A stretch of DNA of 58,540 nt, filler included, from Perkinsus olseni (taxonomy: Eukaryota), in the NCBI GenBank assembly GCA_013115125.1. It is 3 parts of 3 records of this genome, joined end to end, with 100 filler letters (N's around TTAATTAATTAA, not from the genome) between each part and the next. Parts side by side here need not be neighbours in the genome. Positions count along the whole stretch, not along the records: positions 39,244 to 58,540 come from JABANN010000600.1; 2 more parts are not named here. One strand, written 5' to 3'. Below the pieces are notes generated by a model, which was given only the letters and a program-made list of their open reading frames with translations, did not search any database and was not told where the DNA came from. Both the position numbers and the translations under genes were made by a program. This document shows positions 58,285 to 58,540 of the stretch, in pieces (within the stretch, counting starts at the first letter, position 1; each line of letters starts with the position of its first letter).

Positions 58285-58540
58285 TTCGGAAAGCGGTTTT
58301 TGGGAGCGCTCTCAAAATTCAGGCGGCAAGGTGCCGACCCAACCTCTCCCATAACGAGCATGGGTGAAACTAAGATACGCCTCAGTAAACGGAACATCGT
58401 TAGTGCCCGGGAATCAACTCCAAAGTAGCGAAATCACTTCCACCGACTTTCAGATCACATTTTTTGGGGCCGGTACTTTCGCGCGCCCGAAAAACACTTT
58501 CGGCTCCCAAAAAATCCTTTCAGTGCCCGAAAAGTTCTTT

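Overview
Eukaryotic, intron-rich DNA with many short (~45-60 nt) GT-AG introns. Gene content and style suggest an alveolate protist, most likely Perkinsus (inference). The window is three contigs joined by two artificial 100-nt spacers (N44-TTAATTAATTAA-N44), so adjacency across 19524-19623 and 39144-39243 may not be biological. Contig 1 (all minus strand): a secreted ORF, WRAP73/WDR8, a RAD16-like SNF2 helicase with an N-terminal PARP-type zinc finger and SAP modules, tRNA-Leu(AAG), three tandem helicase-less paralogs of that zinc-finger N-terminus, and the 3' end of a second RAD16-like helicase. Contig 2: a divergent pair of secreted proteins built from an unrecognised Cys-rich module, hypothetical and degenerate genes, an intronless CDKAL1, an IQ-motif gene, a small toxin/defensin-like precursor and a minisatellite. 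Contig 3: a large CNBD+ankyrin voltage-gated cation channel with an atypical filter (STMYGD), a duplicated tRNA-Arg/tRNA-Cys unit, lineage-specific ORFs and a ~110-bp dispersed repeat. Degenerate tRNA-derived sequences recur throughout, often in introns. Gene models were assembled by eye, so exon boundaries are approximate.
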